A stretch of 64,000 nt of DNA, taken from the NCBI GenBank assembly GCA_973895155.1, contig OZ316891.1, positions 19,493,048 through 19,557,047 of the forward strand, in the 5' to 3' direction. Below the pieces are notes generated by a model, which saw only the letters and a list, made by a program, of their open reading frames with translations, made no database searches and was not told the origin of the DNA. This DNA is from Marsupella aquatica (lineage: Eukaryota; Plantae; Marchantiophyta). The translations under genes and the position numbers were made by a program. This document shows, one piece after another, positions 10,189-21,643 of the stretch (position 1 is the first letter of the stretch; each line of letters opens with the position of its first letter).

Positions 10189-13100
10189 TGCCAAGGTTAT
10201 GCTCTCAACGTAGTGTCAAATCCAGGTAGTGATGACTGGATTCTAGATAGTGCATGTACTTTTCACATTTGCTCTAGGAGAGATTTTTTCAGTTCTTACA
10301 CGGTTTCCAACGGGTCAGTGTTGATGGGAAATGGAATCCCATGTCAAGTTGTTGGACTTGGATCTGTAAGATTTCAGATGTTTGATGGTGCTGTAAGAAC
10401 GTTGAGGAATGTGAGACACATTCCCAGCATGATGAAAAATCTCATTTCACTTGGAGTTTTAGAAGCAAATGGCCATCAGTGGAGTTCTGCTAATGGTGTC
10501 CTTCAGGTTTCAACTGATACTAAAGTTGTATTGAAGGGAAAGAGACATAGCAATCTATACGTTTTGGAGGGCAGCGTAGTTTGTGATGAAGCCAATGTAA
10601 CCTTATCTCATGAGGAGACGGCCCGGCTGTGGCACTTCCGTTTGGGCCACATGAGTGAAAAAGGTTTGGTTATTCTTTAGAAGAAAGGATTACTTTCTAA
10701 TTTACAATCTTATAAGTTGGAATTTTGTGAGCACTGTGTGCTAGGGAAGCAGCACAGGAAACCCTTCGGAGTTGGAACTCACACCAGCAAGGAGGTACTT
10801 GAGTATGTACATAGTGATGTGTGGGGTCCAGCCCCTACTCCCTCACATTCTGGACGATTATTCTATGTCACGTTCATAGACGATTACTCAAGGTATGTGT
10901 GGATATATTTTCTACACAGTAAGTCTGATGTTTTTGCCACTTTTAAGGAGTGGAAAGCCCAAGTTGAGAATCAGACTGGTAATAAGGTGAGATATCTACG
11001 ATCGGATAATGGCAGTGAATATAGTTCCGGGGAATTTGGAATGTATTGTAAGGAGCAGGGGATAACCCGTCATCTCACAACAAGTTATACTCCTCAGCAG
11101 AACGGTGTTTCTGAGAGACTCAACCGAATACTGTTGGACCGCTCGAGGAGTATGTTGAGTCAATCATGCTTACCACATGAGTTTTGGGCTGAAGCTGTCA
11201 ACACTGCAGCTTATTTGGTAAATTTTTCTCCATCCAGTTCTATTGGATTCAAGACGCCATATGAAATGAGGTACGGGCGTCCAGCAGATTATTCACATCT
11301 GAGGATTTTTGGATGTGATGCTTATGTGCTTACACCTTCCCAGCTTCGATCCAAGCTGGAGTCCAAGTCGAAGAAGTGCATTTTCCTTGGCTATCAGAAA
11401 GGTGTGAAGGGTTATAGGTTATGGGATCCAGTAACCTGTAAACTAATTGTCAGTAGAGATATGTCCTTTAATGAGTCCAGATCATCAAAGGAGGGGGAGA
11501 GTTCTCAGGACTCCCATATTGACAAGGGGAAATCTCCCATCCCGGACCCGGTTGAGGGGGAGATTAGTCATGATGCTGTTCATGACAGGAGAGATGGAGA
11601 AGCTCCGGCCTTGGAGCTGGTTCCTGTGATGGAACAAGAGGAGCAGATTATTGCTAGGGTACCTCAAATTCAGCCTGCAACAGCAGTAGATCAGCCTGAG
11701 TCATCTACTAGAAGAACTTCCAGTCGTTCTACTAGAGCTCCTACCAGGTATGGTCAATGGGCAGACTCATCTAAGCTAGATGATATTGACATTGCACCTG
11801 ATGATGATGACATGGCTTTGATCTTGGAAGAAGGAGAGCCTTCTTCGTACAGTGAGGCTTGTGCTTCAGAGCAGAAGCATGAGTGGAATGCAGCAATGCA
11901 GAGGGAGTTGCAATCTTTGAGTGACAACAAGACATGGGAGCTGGTGGAGCTTCCAAGAGGTCAGCAAGTGGTGGACAGCAAGTGGATTTACAAGTTGAAG
12001 GACAGTCCTTCAGAGGGTGGAGATAAGATCTACAAGGCAAGGCTTGTTGCCAAGGGGTTCACTCAGGAGAAAGGAGTGGACTACAATGAGGTCTTTTCAC
12101 CGGTGGCTAAGTATTCCACAATTCGGATCTTGTGTCAGCTTGTTGTGTTTTTTAATCTGGTGATGGATCAGATGGATGTTGTTACTGCTTTTCTCTATGG
12201 CAACTTGGAAGAGATAATCTTCATGAGACAGCCGCTAGGATTTATGAAGAAAGACCAAGAGAACTTAGTTTGCAGATTGCTCAAGTCCTTGTATGGATTG
12301 AAGCAGTCTCCCAGACAGTGGAACAAGCGGTTTGATGATTTCATGCTTGCTCAAGGTTTTACAAGGATGGTGTATGATCCTTGTGTGTATACAAAATCAG
12401 TCAAGAATGATGTGTTTGGTTTCATCATTCTGGTGATCTATGTGGATGACATGCTAATTGTGGCTAAAGATCAATCTGAGGTTGACAATCTCAAGGCGAA
12501 ATTGAGTGCTGAATTCAGGATGAAGGATCTTGGTAAGGCCAAAAGGATCTTAGGGATGGAGATTTTTAGGAACTCTGATACTGGACAGTTGTGCTTGAGT
12601 CAAGGCCAGTATGCGAGGAAAGTACTTGCACGATTCAACATGGAAAATTGTAAGTTAGTGAGTATTCCTTTAGCTTCACATTTTAAGTTATCATTGGCTT
12701 TCTCTCCTACGGATGCTGTGGAGAAAGGTCTGATGGCTAAGATTCCTTATGAGAAGGCAGTAGGTAGTCTGATGTATTTGATGACTTGTACTAGGCCTGA
12801 CTTGGCCCTAGCGATGGGCAAGGTTAGCAGATTCATGTCAAATCCAGGGAAGGTACATTGGGAAGCTGTGAAGTGGATTCTCAGGTATCTGAAGGGTACA
12901 CAGGACTATGGATTACTATTTGATAATAGATCAAATAGAACGTTAGTTGGCTATGTAGATTTTGACTATGGAGGCTGTCTGGATACAAGGAGGTCTACAA
13001 CTGGGTTTGTATACACTCTTGGAGGAGGTTGTATCAGTTGGAAATCTACCTTGCAGAAGTGCATTTCTCAGTCTACTACAGAAGCAGAGTATATTGCAGC

Positions 13101-13407
13101 AGCAGAAGTAGCAAAGGAAGCAATTTGGTTGGACAAGTTGATCGCGGAGATGGGTTTAGAGCATGGCAAAATGACTCTAAACTGTGATAGTCAGAGTGCT
13201 CTTCACTTGGCTGCTAACCAGGTGATGGATAGCAGGGTGAAGCACATTGATATCAGGTACCATTTTATCAGGCAAGCAGTGTCTGATAAAACTTTTGAGC
13301 TAGTCAAGATTGATGGAAAGCTCAATCCCGCCGATGCCTTTACCAAAGTGATTCCTTTGGAGAGTTTCTCAAGACACCGTGCTACTTTGCAGGTTTTGCA
13401 GTTGTAG
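10189..13407 (+). pseudogene. pol: Copia pol (protease, integrase, reverse transcriptase, RNase H) with an in-frame TAG at 10678-10680
   Basis: WILDSACTFH (protease); LWHFRLGH..CEHC, VHSDVWG, LRSDNG, QQNGVSER, GYRLWD (integrase); YKARLVAKG, LYGLKQ, IYVDDML (RT); STTEAEY, KHIDIRYHF (RNase H). Confidence 0.95.
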
Positions 13408-15789
13408 TGCAAGTAGAGTTATTTAGCAATGTGTGACTATTTGTATATGGATTACTCATTCCTGTTTGGCTACGGCTTAGTTCTAGTTAACCCTTAGTTA
13501 ACCCTTGTGGTTTTTAGGGGGAGACCTGGTTTGGTGATTGTCTAGAACTTCCCGCTGAGGATTCCATATGGTAGCATTTAGTCTAGTCCCCAAGACAAGA
13601 GTCAAGGGGGAGTTTGTTAGATATTGCTCTAGTCTTGTGACTCATGAGCTAACCACAGTTAGTCTAACTCGGGTGAGGACTTAGCTAATGTTAGCGGTAG
13701 TGCTGTTGTGCATATAGCCAGGGCTGATGCCAGACCCTGGTGGAACTTAGGCTCATTGTTACGGAGCTAGTTGAGAGATAGGGAGAGCTTGTGCTGTGGA
13801 TGCTTGGTATGGCCGATCGGCCTAGAGTGCAGTAAAGCTCTTGTGTGTTCCCGTGGACGTAGCCTCATGTGGAGGTGAACCACGTATCTCTCTGTGTTGA
13901 CTATTGTGCGTTGGATGGTTCATGGGCTTGCCGTTGCGAATGTCGTCTATGCTCAACACATTGATGATAATTGGCAGTCTTATCGTGATAGACTTTCATT
14001 GCGACCAAAATCAGCTGGACACATGACGAGGGGAAAGGCAGACGAACTTAAAATGTGGATACAGCAAGATACATTTTGGGTTGAAGTGAAGGATACAGTT
14101 AAATTCTTTACTCCGTTGGTCAAGATGTTGCGAGAATTTGATGGTGATTCTCCGCAATTAGGTTGGTTGTATTGGAGTTTGAAAAGAGGGATTGATGTTT
14201 TGAAAGCAAGCATGGAGGATTGTCCATTGGTAACAGAGGTATTGAAACCAAAGATACTAAAAGTGTATTTGGATCAAAAAAAATCTCTTACCACTGATTT
14301 CATGCTAGCGGCAGCATATCTCAATCCCCAAATATTTTTTGATGAGGACATAGATGTCGCTGGAGATCCAGAACTGGGTTTTAGTGAATACATTGCTAGA
14401 TATTCAGAACAACAGGTGAAGGAGGGGATCAACCATGATCACGACGTCAGAGAACTTATTTCTGCCATCCACAGTCAAGCCATTGACGCCCAAAAAAAAA
14501 TCCCAACACATCAATAGCGATGGGAGCCGCCCAATCAAGTATAGGTAATGTCAGTCCAGCAGAGTGGTGGCATGCGTATGGTGCAGATTATAAACATTTG
14601 AGAATCCTGGCGCGAAGAATCTTACACCAAAAAGTGTGCGCATCAGCTTGCAAGCGAAACTGGAGTTCGTATGGATTTATACATTCCAAAAGTCGCAATC
14701 GATTGACAAATGATCGAGCAAAAGATTTGGTGTTTGTATTTACAAACATGAGGGTAGAGAAAGGGCTCACAAATGTTCGAAACCCGCATACGTTTATATA
14801 TGAACGTTATGACCAAAGAAGAAGAACAAATGATGGACCTAGACCTATCTCCATGGAGTTGTGCAGCAATGAAGAGTACGATGCAACACGTGCGGCTCTT
14901 GGTGAAGAAGATGTCGAAGATTATGATACAATTGATGATGCTGATGAATTGCTACACGGATTTTCACTGGATAAGGATAGTGAGTTCTTGACTCGTATTC
15001 CACCAGATACAGACATCACTGATGCAGAGGAATGGGAGAATGAAATGGATTTGGAGATGTATCCTACAATTGATGAATCGCAAATCCAAGACGAGGAAGA
15101 TGCATCACTGGACAGAAACTTTGTGATGCCTTCCCAACCAAGGTCACCTTGGTCGAACTTTGCGAATGATGTTGACACAAGCAGACCATATTTCAACAAG
15201 CAACGCACAGGCACAGCAGGGCATCCGACGGATGGAAGGACATCAACCTTTTTTCATGGATACAACAATCATGAAGGTCAAACTTCAAACGACCCACATG
15301 CAAACTGGCAACACCATGCAGGTCCACCCTTGAATGCGTATGCAGGACCAAGTGTCATGAATCCATATACGTCGAACAGGCCTATTGGCCTTGGTGGGTT
15401 TCGAGGAATATCATCATTTCAAGAAACATCGCACAATGTTCAGTCACACAATCGTGATCCACTCAGTTGGGGCGATAAACAAGACGAGTGGAATGCGCTT
15501 TTGTGCAAAAATCTTAACAACAATGCACGAAATTTCTCTTCACAGCCTTGAAGCATCTTTTCATTAGGATAATATCAAGTGTTGCTACTCTTATATTGTC
15601 ATATCTGACATAGACAAAATTATAAGTTACAATTATATTTTTTGTAACATGATTGTATTGTCTTGCAGTGTGTTTATTATTGTACAATGATTGAATAATT
15701 TATTTGTATTTGCATTTGAGAATGTCATAGAGACACACCAACGCAACATGTTTTCCAAATCTCCAACACTGACTATTTCAAAGTACCTT

Positions 15790-17110
15790 GTTGTTGGCCA
15801 TAGCAGCCGTAGTCCATACCAGCCCCCTCCATTAATTGGTTAGTTCATTTCACTATGCGAAGATTTAGTCCAGCAATAGAGCACCGTCATATTCAATGAG
15901 GTCATAGAGACCTCATTATTGGACCTGAGAATGTCATTGCTTGAATAAACCTTCTCGTAATAAAATAAACTTAGTTGAACTTGAAGTTGTAACGAGGGCC
16001 CATTTTTGGGGTGGGTGAATGTCGTTGACCGTAGCAGCTGCACTACTTGAAGTTGGGCAGAGTTTATATGACTATGAGAGAAGTTGTGAAATGAACACAT
16101 CGCCTACATAATCAGTAACCTTCTCATAATCATATAAACCCCGTTCAACTTGAAGTTGTAATGAGGGCCCATTGGTGGCCAAGGAGAGCAATGTCATGAT
16201 GATGATCAGACAGGGTCACGGGGATTCCGCAAGATTGGTCACCGAATTGATATGCAGACGCAAAATACAGTCACCAATTTCAAGTCAAAGTTCACCCGTT
16301 TATATCCTCTCCTGTCCGAATTCCAATTTGAGCTTGGACACCCTCTCGTCAGCAGGTCTCCACCCTTTCAGTTGCTCCTCACGCGAACCTCTGGATTCCT
16401 CAAACACTATGAATGATGCATTGAAATAAAATAGGTTCGAGGATTCTAGAGACTGCTATCTTGGTTTGCGTGAAGAGCAACTGCAATGGTGGAGACCAGC
16501 TGACGAGAGGATGTCCAAGCTCGAATTGGAATTCGGAAAGGAGAGGATATAAACATGCAATTGTGCAAATTAATATCATAGGCCGTAGCAGCCGTACTCC
16601 AGTAATTGGTCAGTTCATTTCATTATCAGAAGATTTATTCAAGCAACGGAGCACGGACATATTCAATAATAACAAAGTTAGGAGGACCTGAAATTTTGAC
16701 CTGAGAGTGCCATTGCTTGAATAAACCTTCTCATAATGAAAAAAACTCTGTTCAACTTCAAGTTCTAATCAGGGCCCATTTTTGGGGTAGGCAAATGTAG
16801 AGGCGTTGGCCTCGGTTTGCATGCGCATGAATGTCATTGGCCGTAGCAGCTACGCTACTTTAAGTTGAACAGAGTTTATTTGAGTACGAGAGAAGTTGTG
16901 AAACCAACGGATCGATGACATACTCAGTAATTTTTTGCTCGAAGGACCTGAAAATTTGACCTGAGAGTGCATTTGCTTTCATAACTTCTCTCATACTCAA
17001 ATAAACTTTGTTCAACTTCAAGTTGTAATGAGGGCCCATTTTTGCGGTGGGCAAAGGAGTAGGCGTTGGCCTCGGTTCGCATGTGCATGAATGTCATTGG
17101 CCATAGCAGC
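15790..17110. repeat. Diverged internal repeat array of the hAT element, between the convergent genes
   Basis: Core GTTSAACTTSAAGTTSTAAYSAGGGCCCATT at 15974, 16143, 16750 and 17010, with shared flanks GGCCRTAGCAGC and GACCTGAGA.TG.CATT. Confidence 0.8.
16298..16554. repeat. Inverted repeat/hairpin, 92-bp arms and 73-nt loop
   Basis: 16298-16389 is near-complementary to 16463-16554 (GTTTATATCCTCTCCT.TCCGAATTCCAATT.GAGCTTGGACA...). Confidence 0.85.
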
Positions 17111-17615
17111 AATAGCGGAAAAAATTATGAAAGACAGGAAAAGTGAGTGGACTTAGGTATACATCCTTCTACAAAATCATTCTCAACTTGGGCGGCTAAA
17201 ACCATTGCGATGTTGACTTTGTTGAACTCATTGTGCTACACGATCTCCTTTTGGAAATGATTTCAGAGAAGGATCAGTACCTGAGTCCACTGTGCTACTG
17301 TCTCTCATCACGTCTATTTTCCTCATACTTGTCCAAAAATATGATTGTGAGCCCGACAATATGCTTCCAAAACCTATGGCTGATTGGAGGATGGAATATT
17401 CTTACGAAAATACACATTCTCCAAAAGGCGACGCCATGCCCCCAATGAAAAATATATGTACTCAACGAGATATGCAATGTAATGTCACTCCAAAATCTCT
17501 TTACCAATTACAAGTTGAAAATAATTGTCAAAGAGGATATGCCGCTTCTATTTTAACAAAATGTCTCTAATAGTAACTACATGAAAATAACATCAAAATG
17601 TAGAGACTATTGGTT

Positions 17616-19574
17616 TTAGTTCCTTTTGTTGTTATTGTCAACAGCTTCTGTTTTCACCTCTGCCTGTTGTTGACGTCGTCGATGGCGCCGAATGGATCGT
17701 TGCAAATTTTGCTTATCTATTGATGGCTGGTTGGCTGCCGCATATTGTTTCCACTCATCGAGTCGACCACTGAATAACAACCTGTCAAATTCCCCATCTG
17801 ACAAATTATATTCATTGATTGTGAAATGTTCAATGTGAGTTTCATCTATTTGCATCGTCGGTATAGTATCTTCAGTCATATCTTCAGTCATATCTTCAGT
17901 GTTTTGTTGAGTCTCCATTGATGGCATTTGCTTCAACAATCCTCGTTGCTCATACTCGCGTTCATGAAATGGTGTGCGACACCAACATTTTTGGCTTTTC
18001 TTCAACCATTTAGACAAGCAAGCATGATGCCATATATGACCGCAGGTTCCCAACATGGAAACAGATTCAGGGCCCCAAGGATATAGGCACCAAGTACACT
18101 TGTCGTCCTTTTCACGAACAAATGCTGCCATAGTTTCATCCTTTTTCCACTTATCAAAAAACCTATCAATATCTTCCGCGTCAACCTCCACATCTAGAAA
18201 AAGGTTGCTATGCCCTGTAGGATCTATGATTTGCATGTTAACAAAATTTGGCGACGATAATTCACCTTGCCCTTTGTTTGACCTCATCCCCAAAGCATCA
18301 TTGTTAAATTCTTGCACCTCTTCGTGAAGATTTGATATGATGATTGCTTGCGTTGTAAGTTCACTTTTAAGATCATTAATGATCTTGTCCTTCTCCTCAA
18401 GTCGTGCCAGTTCATTGCATTGACGCTCTTTTTCAGCAAGTTGTTTTGTCAGCTTATTGATTTCTTCCATCTTGTCAAACAATTGACACTTGTACAACAT
18501 CACTTCAGAATTGGTCGTCGGCTCGTTTTGCTTCTTCTCAAGTGATCTCATCTTTATATCAGCTTGTTGCAATTGTGACTTGAACTTTTCGATGCTGCCA
18601 CATTCACATAGCTCCACTACATACTTCGTGCGGAGATTTGTCTCAATCACCTCTGCAACATCTGCCCCCAAGCTCTTGCATATGTTGTGCAGGTTGAACT
18701 TATCCTTGTTAGCATCAGTAACATTGTTGTTCTTTGCATGTGGAGTTCTACTCCCAACACCTACAAGGATTGGTTTTTTGGTGTGCGTTGACTCCACATT
18801 GGTTGGTGGTGCTGCACGGTCAGGCATGGAGACTCGAGGAAGTACAGCCGCTTTCCCCTTCTCATGCGCATATCCCTCCCCAGTGTCATCTAGCTTTCTT
18901 TTGGATCCCTTGTTGGAAGTCTCCATTGAAGGGTCCTTTGCAATAGTTGTATTCCTATTCGTTGCAATCGCAACCATTGATGGATGCACCTGATGAGTCA
19001 GCTTGCCAGCACTGTTTTCCCAACGGTAATCCACCTTCCACTTGAGAATGAATTCAGCAATCAGACATTGGATAAAAGGAGGGTAAACGGAACTCATTTT
19101 CGTTTGGGCTTTGTGTGGAGCAAACTCTCGATATCGTTGCTGCCAATGTGATTTAACACCTGCATGTGTTACTTTGGACATGGTGAATTTTTCTTGCGCC
19201 CATGATCTTATTGCCCAAAGATCCAGATCGTGAAAAACTTGTTGTGCTAATGGCCAAAAGTCTTTCTTTGGCATCAACATCTCCAATTCCTTTGCATTCA
19301 TGGCCCATTCGTCATGGGGAGGATTTACATTGGGCGTTAATATACTCCATTCATCCTTCATACCCTCATCTTCCCATGTTCTTGTGTTTGGCGCCGGTGT
19401 TCCATCAACCTTGGGTTTAGCCTCATAGTGAATGCCAATGGTTGTAAGATTATCCAACACATTATTACGAAGAGCTTCATCGTCACAATAGGATCCTTGA
19501 CCATCTTGCATGGTAAGATGTTGTGTCGTGAACTCTTTGTCTTCATCATCAGAAGACAATTCCCATCGTCCCAT
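17616..19574 (-). CDS. hAT cargo protein with coiled coil and C-terminal RING-H2-like finger (putative E3 ligase), ~652 aa
   Basis: Uninterrupted ORF, likely ATG at 19574 (MGRWELSSDDE); basic KGSKRK patch; heptad-rich region; CTWC-x14-CGH-xx-H-xx-C-x10-CWC. Confidence 0.75.
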   Translation of the reverse strand: MGRWELSSDDEDKEFTTQHLTMQDGQGSYCDDEALRNNVLDNLTTIGIHYEAKPKVDGTPAPNTRTWEDEGMKDEWSILTPNVNPPHDEWAMNAKELEMLMPKKDFWPLAQQVFHDLDLWAIRSWAQEKFTMSKVTHAGVKSHWQQRYREFAPHKAQTKMSSVYPPFIQCLIAEFILKWKVDYRWENSAGKLTHQVHPSMVAIATNRNTTIAKDPSMETSNKGSKRKLDDTGEGYAHEKGKAAVLPRVSMPDRAAPPTNVESTHTKKPILVGVGSRTPHAKNNNVTDANKDKFNLHNICKSLGADVAEVIETNLRTKYVVELCECGSIEKFKSQLQQADIKMRSLEKKQNEPTTNSEVMLYKCQLFDKMEEINKLTKQLAEKERQCNELARLEEKDKIINDLKSELTTQAIIISNLHEEVQEFNNDALGMRSNKGQGELSSPNFVNMQIIDPTGHSNLFLDVEVDAEDIDRFFDKWKKDETMAAFVREKDDKCTWCLYPWGPESVSMLGTCGHIWHHACLSKWLKKSQKCWCRTPFHEREYEQRGLLKQMPSMETQQNTEDMTEDMTEDTIPTMQIDETHIEHFTINEYNLSDGEFDRLLFSGRLDEWKQYAAANQPSIDKQNLQRSIRRHRRRQQQAEVKTEAVDNNNKRN

Positions 19575-19761
19575 GTTTGCGATGTGTACAAAAGGTCTGC
19601 GATATTTGACAATGTACAAACACATTTAGCACAATTTTGGGCATTCACGACAAAGTTTGATAGAATATGATCAACAAAATGCAGAACATTGTAATTGACA
19701 TACAATGAATAAACATATAATCGTTAAGGTGACCTTTATAAAATTGTGTAAACCCTAATCT

Positions 19762-21416
19762 CTAATCTCTAAGATATGGACTATTGTGCAAATACAATGT
19801 GCAATCTGGAAACGTTCGAACTATCTTCAAACTCCAAAAAGCACAATCCATTCTTTTCTTGGCATCCGTGGCCATCATTTCACGGATTATGACATCCAAT
19901 TTGGGGCCATGCACTTGTGCACTCCAACCCCTCCCCAAAAACCGTGAACCCTTAGACATTCCATCCCAATTCTCTGTCAACAATGTCTCAAAAATATTCC
20001 CCAAAACATATATATCGGTACTTTCACTAAACTCGATAGGGGTAGGTTGAACAAGCTCCAAAGCCAACTGTGGAAATTGTTTTTGGTATGCTGCTGCTTT
20101 TTCTGTTGCTGTGGGCCACATCCAATTAGCTGGTAATTTGCACTGTGATTTATGCTTAGACAAGCCAAAATCACATAAACCAACATACACCTTAATAGCC
20201 ACATCGTGCTCGTGATCGAAATGAAGAAGGATGTTTCCAAAGTGAAGATCACAATGAAATCGATCATGCTCATGCAAGTATTGCAGTGTCTCCAGCAAAG
20301 CCAAGGCGATTCCCAACCGGTTCTCCAACAAGAGTTTCTTCTCCGAAATGAACTTGAAATCAAGGTCCGTCGTGATCTGTGCCTTCCCCTTGCTCTTTGA
20401 CGATATGCCGCACTTATCAATAAAGCTACCCAAGTCACCTCCATTATAGTGATCGTAAATAAGTTTTGGCGGATCCTCAATAGTCAATGCAAGAGCTCCA
20501 ACGATTCCCTTATGATTCAGTCCTCCCATAAGCACTTCTTGTAATGCGTCAGTTCGTCTCTTACGCTTGTCTCCATCCTTGAACCGCTTTGCGACTAAGG
20601 TCACGTTGACGGGAATGAGAGGACAATGTAATATACGACAAGTGTATACCTCTCCTTGGATTCCTTTCCCAATGCGACGTGTGTTGTGCACCTACTCAGG
20701 TTTAAGAAAATGGATACTCCTAACCTCTGGAACTACACGCGATGGACGTGTTCCTTTTCGAGCACTTTTGATGCTGACATCCCCAAAGTGCACAATCTCG
20801 TTAGCATATTTGACATTGCTATCAGATTTCGCCATTGCCAACTCCTTACTCCACTTCACTAGCAATCTCTCTTGTGTGTGTACATCCCGGGGTTTCCAAG
20901 CAATATAGTGTCACCCTCTTCCACTTTGGCTGCCAAATTATCCCAAACATGCTTCTCCAAGTTGAGTGCCAAATTTTCCAGAAATCCTCCCGGTTTCTCA
21001 GTTTCATCTTCAAATGACTTCATTTGCTCTCGTGTGAAATTGTCCTCCTTTTGTACACTTTCCCGCATACAACGGGTTATCTCACCAAGAAAGTTCTTGT
21101 ATCCTTTCTCTCTGTGTCTTGTGAACTCCCTCTCGAACCCGTCCACCCCATACTATTTCGGTTGAGTGTAGCGATAAAGTATCTCTTTCCATATCGACAC
21201 TACCACATTGTGTCGAACCTATTTTGCCTCTTCGTTTGCCCCCTTCCGTTTTCGTTTCCCGGCCACTTTGCTAGAATTCCTAGCATGTTCGAGAGTGTTT
21301 CGAGCGTTCTTCAATGCATCCAGAGCAACAAGATTCGGCTCATATCCCTCATTCACATGTTTTGTGATCATCTCCAACACTTGCCTATACTCTAAACTAA
21401 AATTTTTGATGACCAT
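19762..21416 (-). pseudogene. hAT cargo protein kinase (~550 codons reconstructed) with premature stops and one frameshift
   Basis: Kinase motifs GKGIQGEVY, VAKRFK, LQE, HCDLHFGNIL, CDFGLS, LALE, TDIYVLG, KKR in 19762-20691. ORFs 21219-21416 and 20859-21146 share a frame through TAGs at 21219 and 21153; a frameshift near 20880 and a TAG at 20692 link them to the kinase domain. Confidence 0.8.
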
Positions 21417-21643
21417 GTTTTCCCTTCACAAAAGGAATATGTGAGGGAGGAACAAGATCTTACCAGGATTTAAATAAAATCCTTCCAATAAGGATTCAAC
21501 GACCAACCTGAAAATTACAAGTCGTATTGTTATTATCTTTTCCCGGTTTGTTTCTCCCATGCATTATGTATTTTTATTGCACACATGATTTTAATTACCT
21601 TTCTATATAACAACAATAAAAGAGAAAGACAACAGTTGTGAAA

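Larger units (their letters stand above)
7073..13958 (+). mobile_element. Full-length Ty1/copia LTR retrotransposon nested in the hAT transposase
   Basis: LTRs 7073-7416 and 13615-13958 (344 bp each, 3 mismatches by eye); TSD CATTG at 7068-7072 and 13959-13963; PBS TGGTATCAGAGC at 7419-7430; PPT ~13597-13612; gag-PR-INT-RT-RH order. Confidence 0.97.
5761..15551 (+). pseudogene. hAT transposase (BED zinc finger, DUF659/RNase H-like core, hATC dimerisation domain), disrupted
   Basis: 5761-7072: PVWRYF..RCKYC..AKAHL, SSDGW, VTDGA, WCATHVFNL, NATRFA. Removing the copia and one TSD copy restores the frame (QQMVIDDNWQSY). Frameshift at the A9 run 14492-14500; then PAEWW..LARRIL..SACKRNWS..RNRL..DLVFV, with K in place of the canonical catalytic E. 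Confidence 0.92.

Noticed and set aside
13894-13958. N-terminus of ORF 13894-14517 (MLTIVRW...) and C-terminus of ORF 5686-7098 (VLDIALVL)
   Set aside because: Both are read-through into LTR sequence; the real transposase joins 7072 to 13964.
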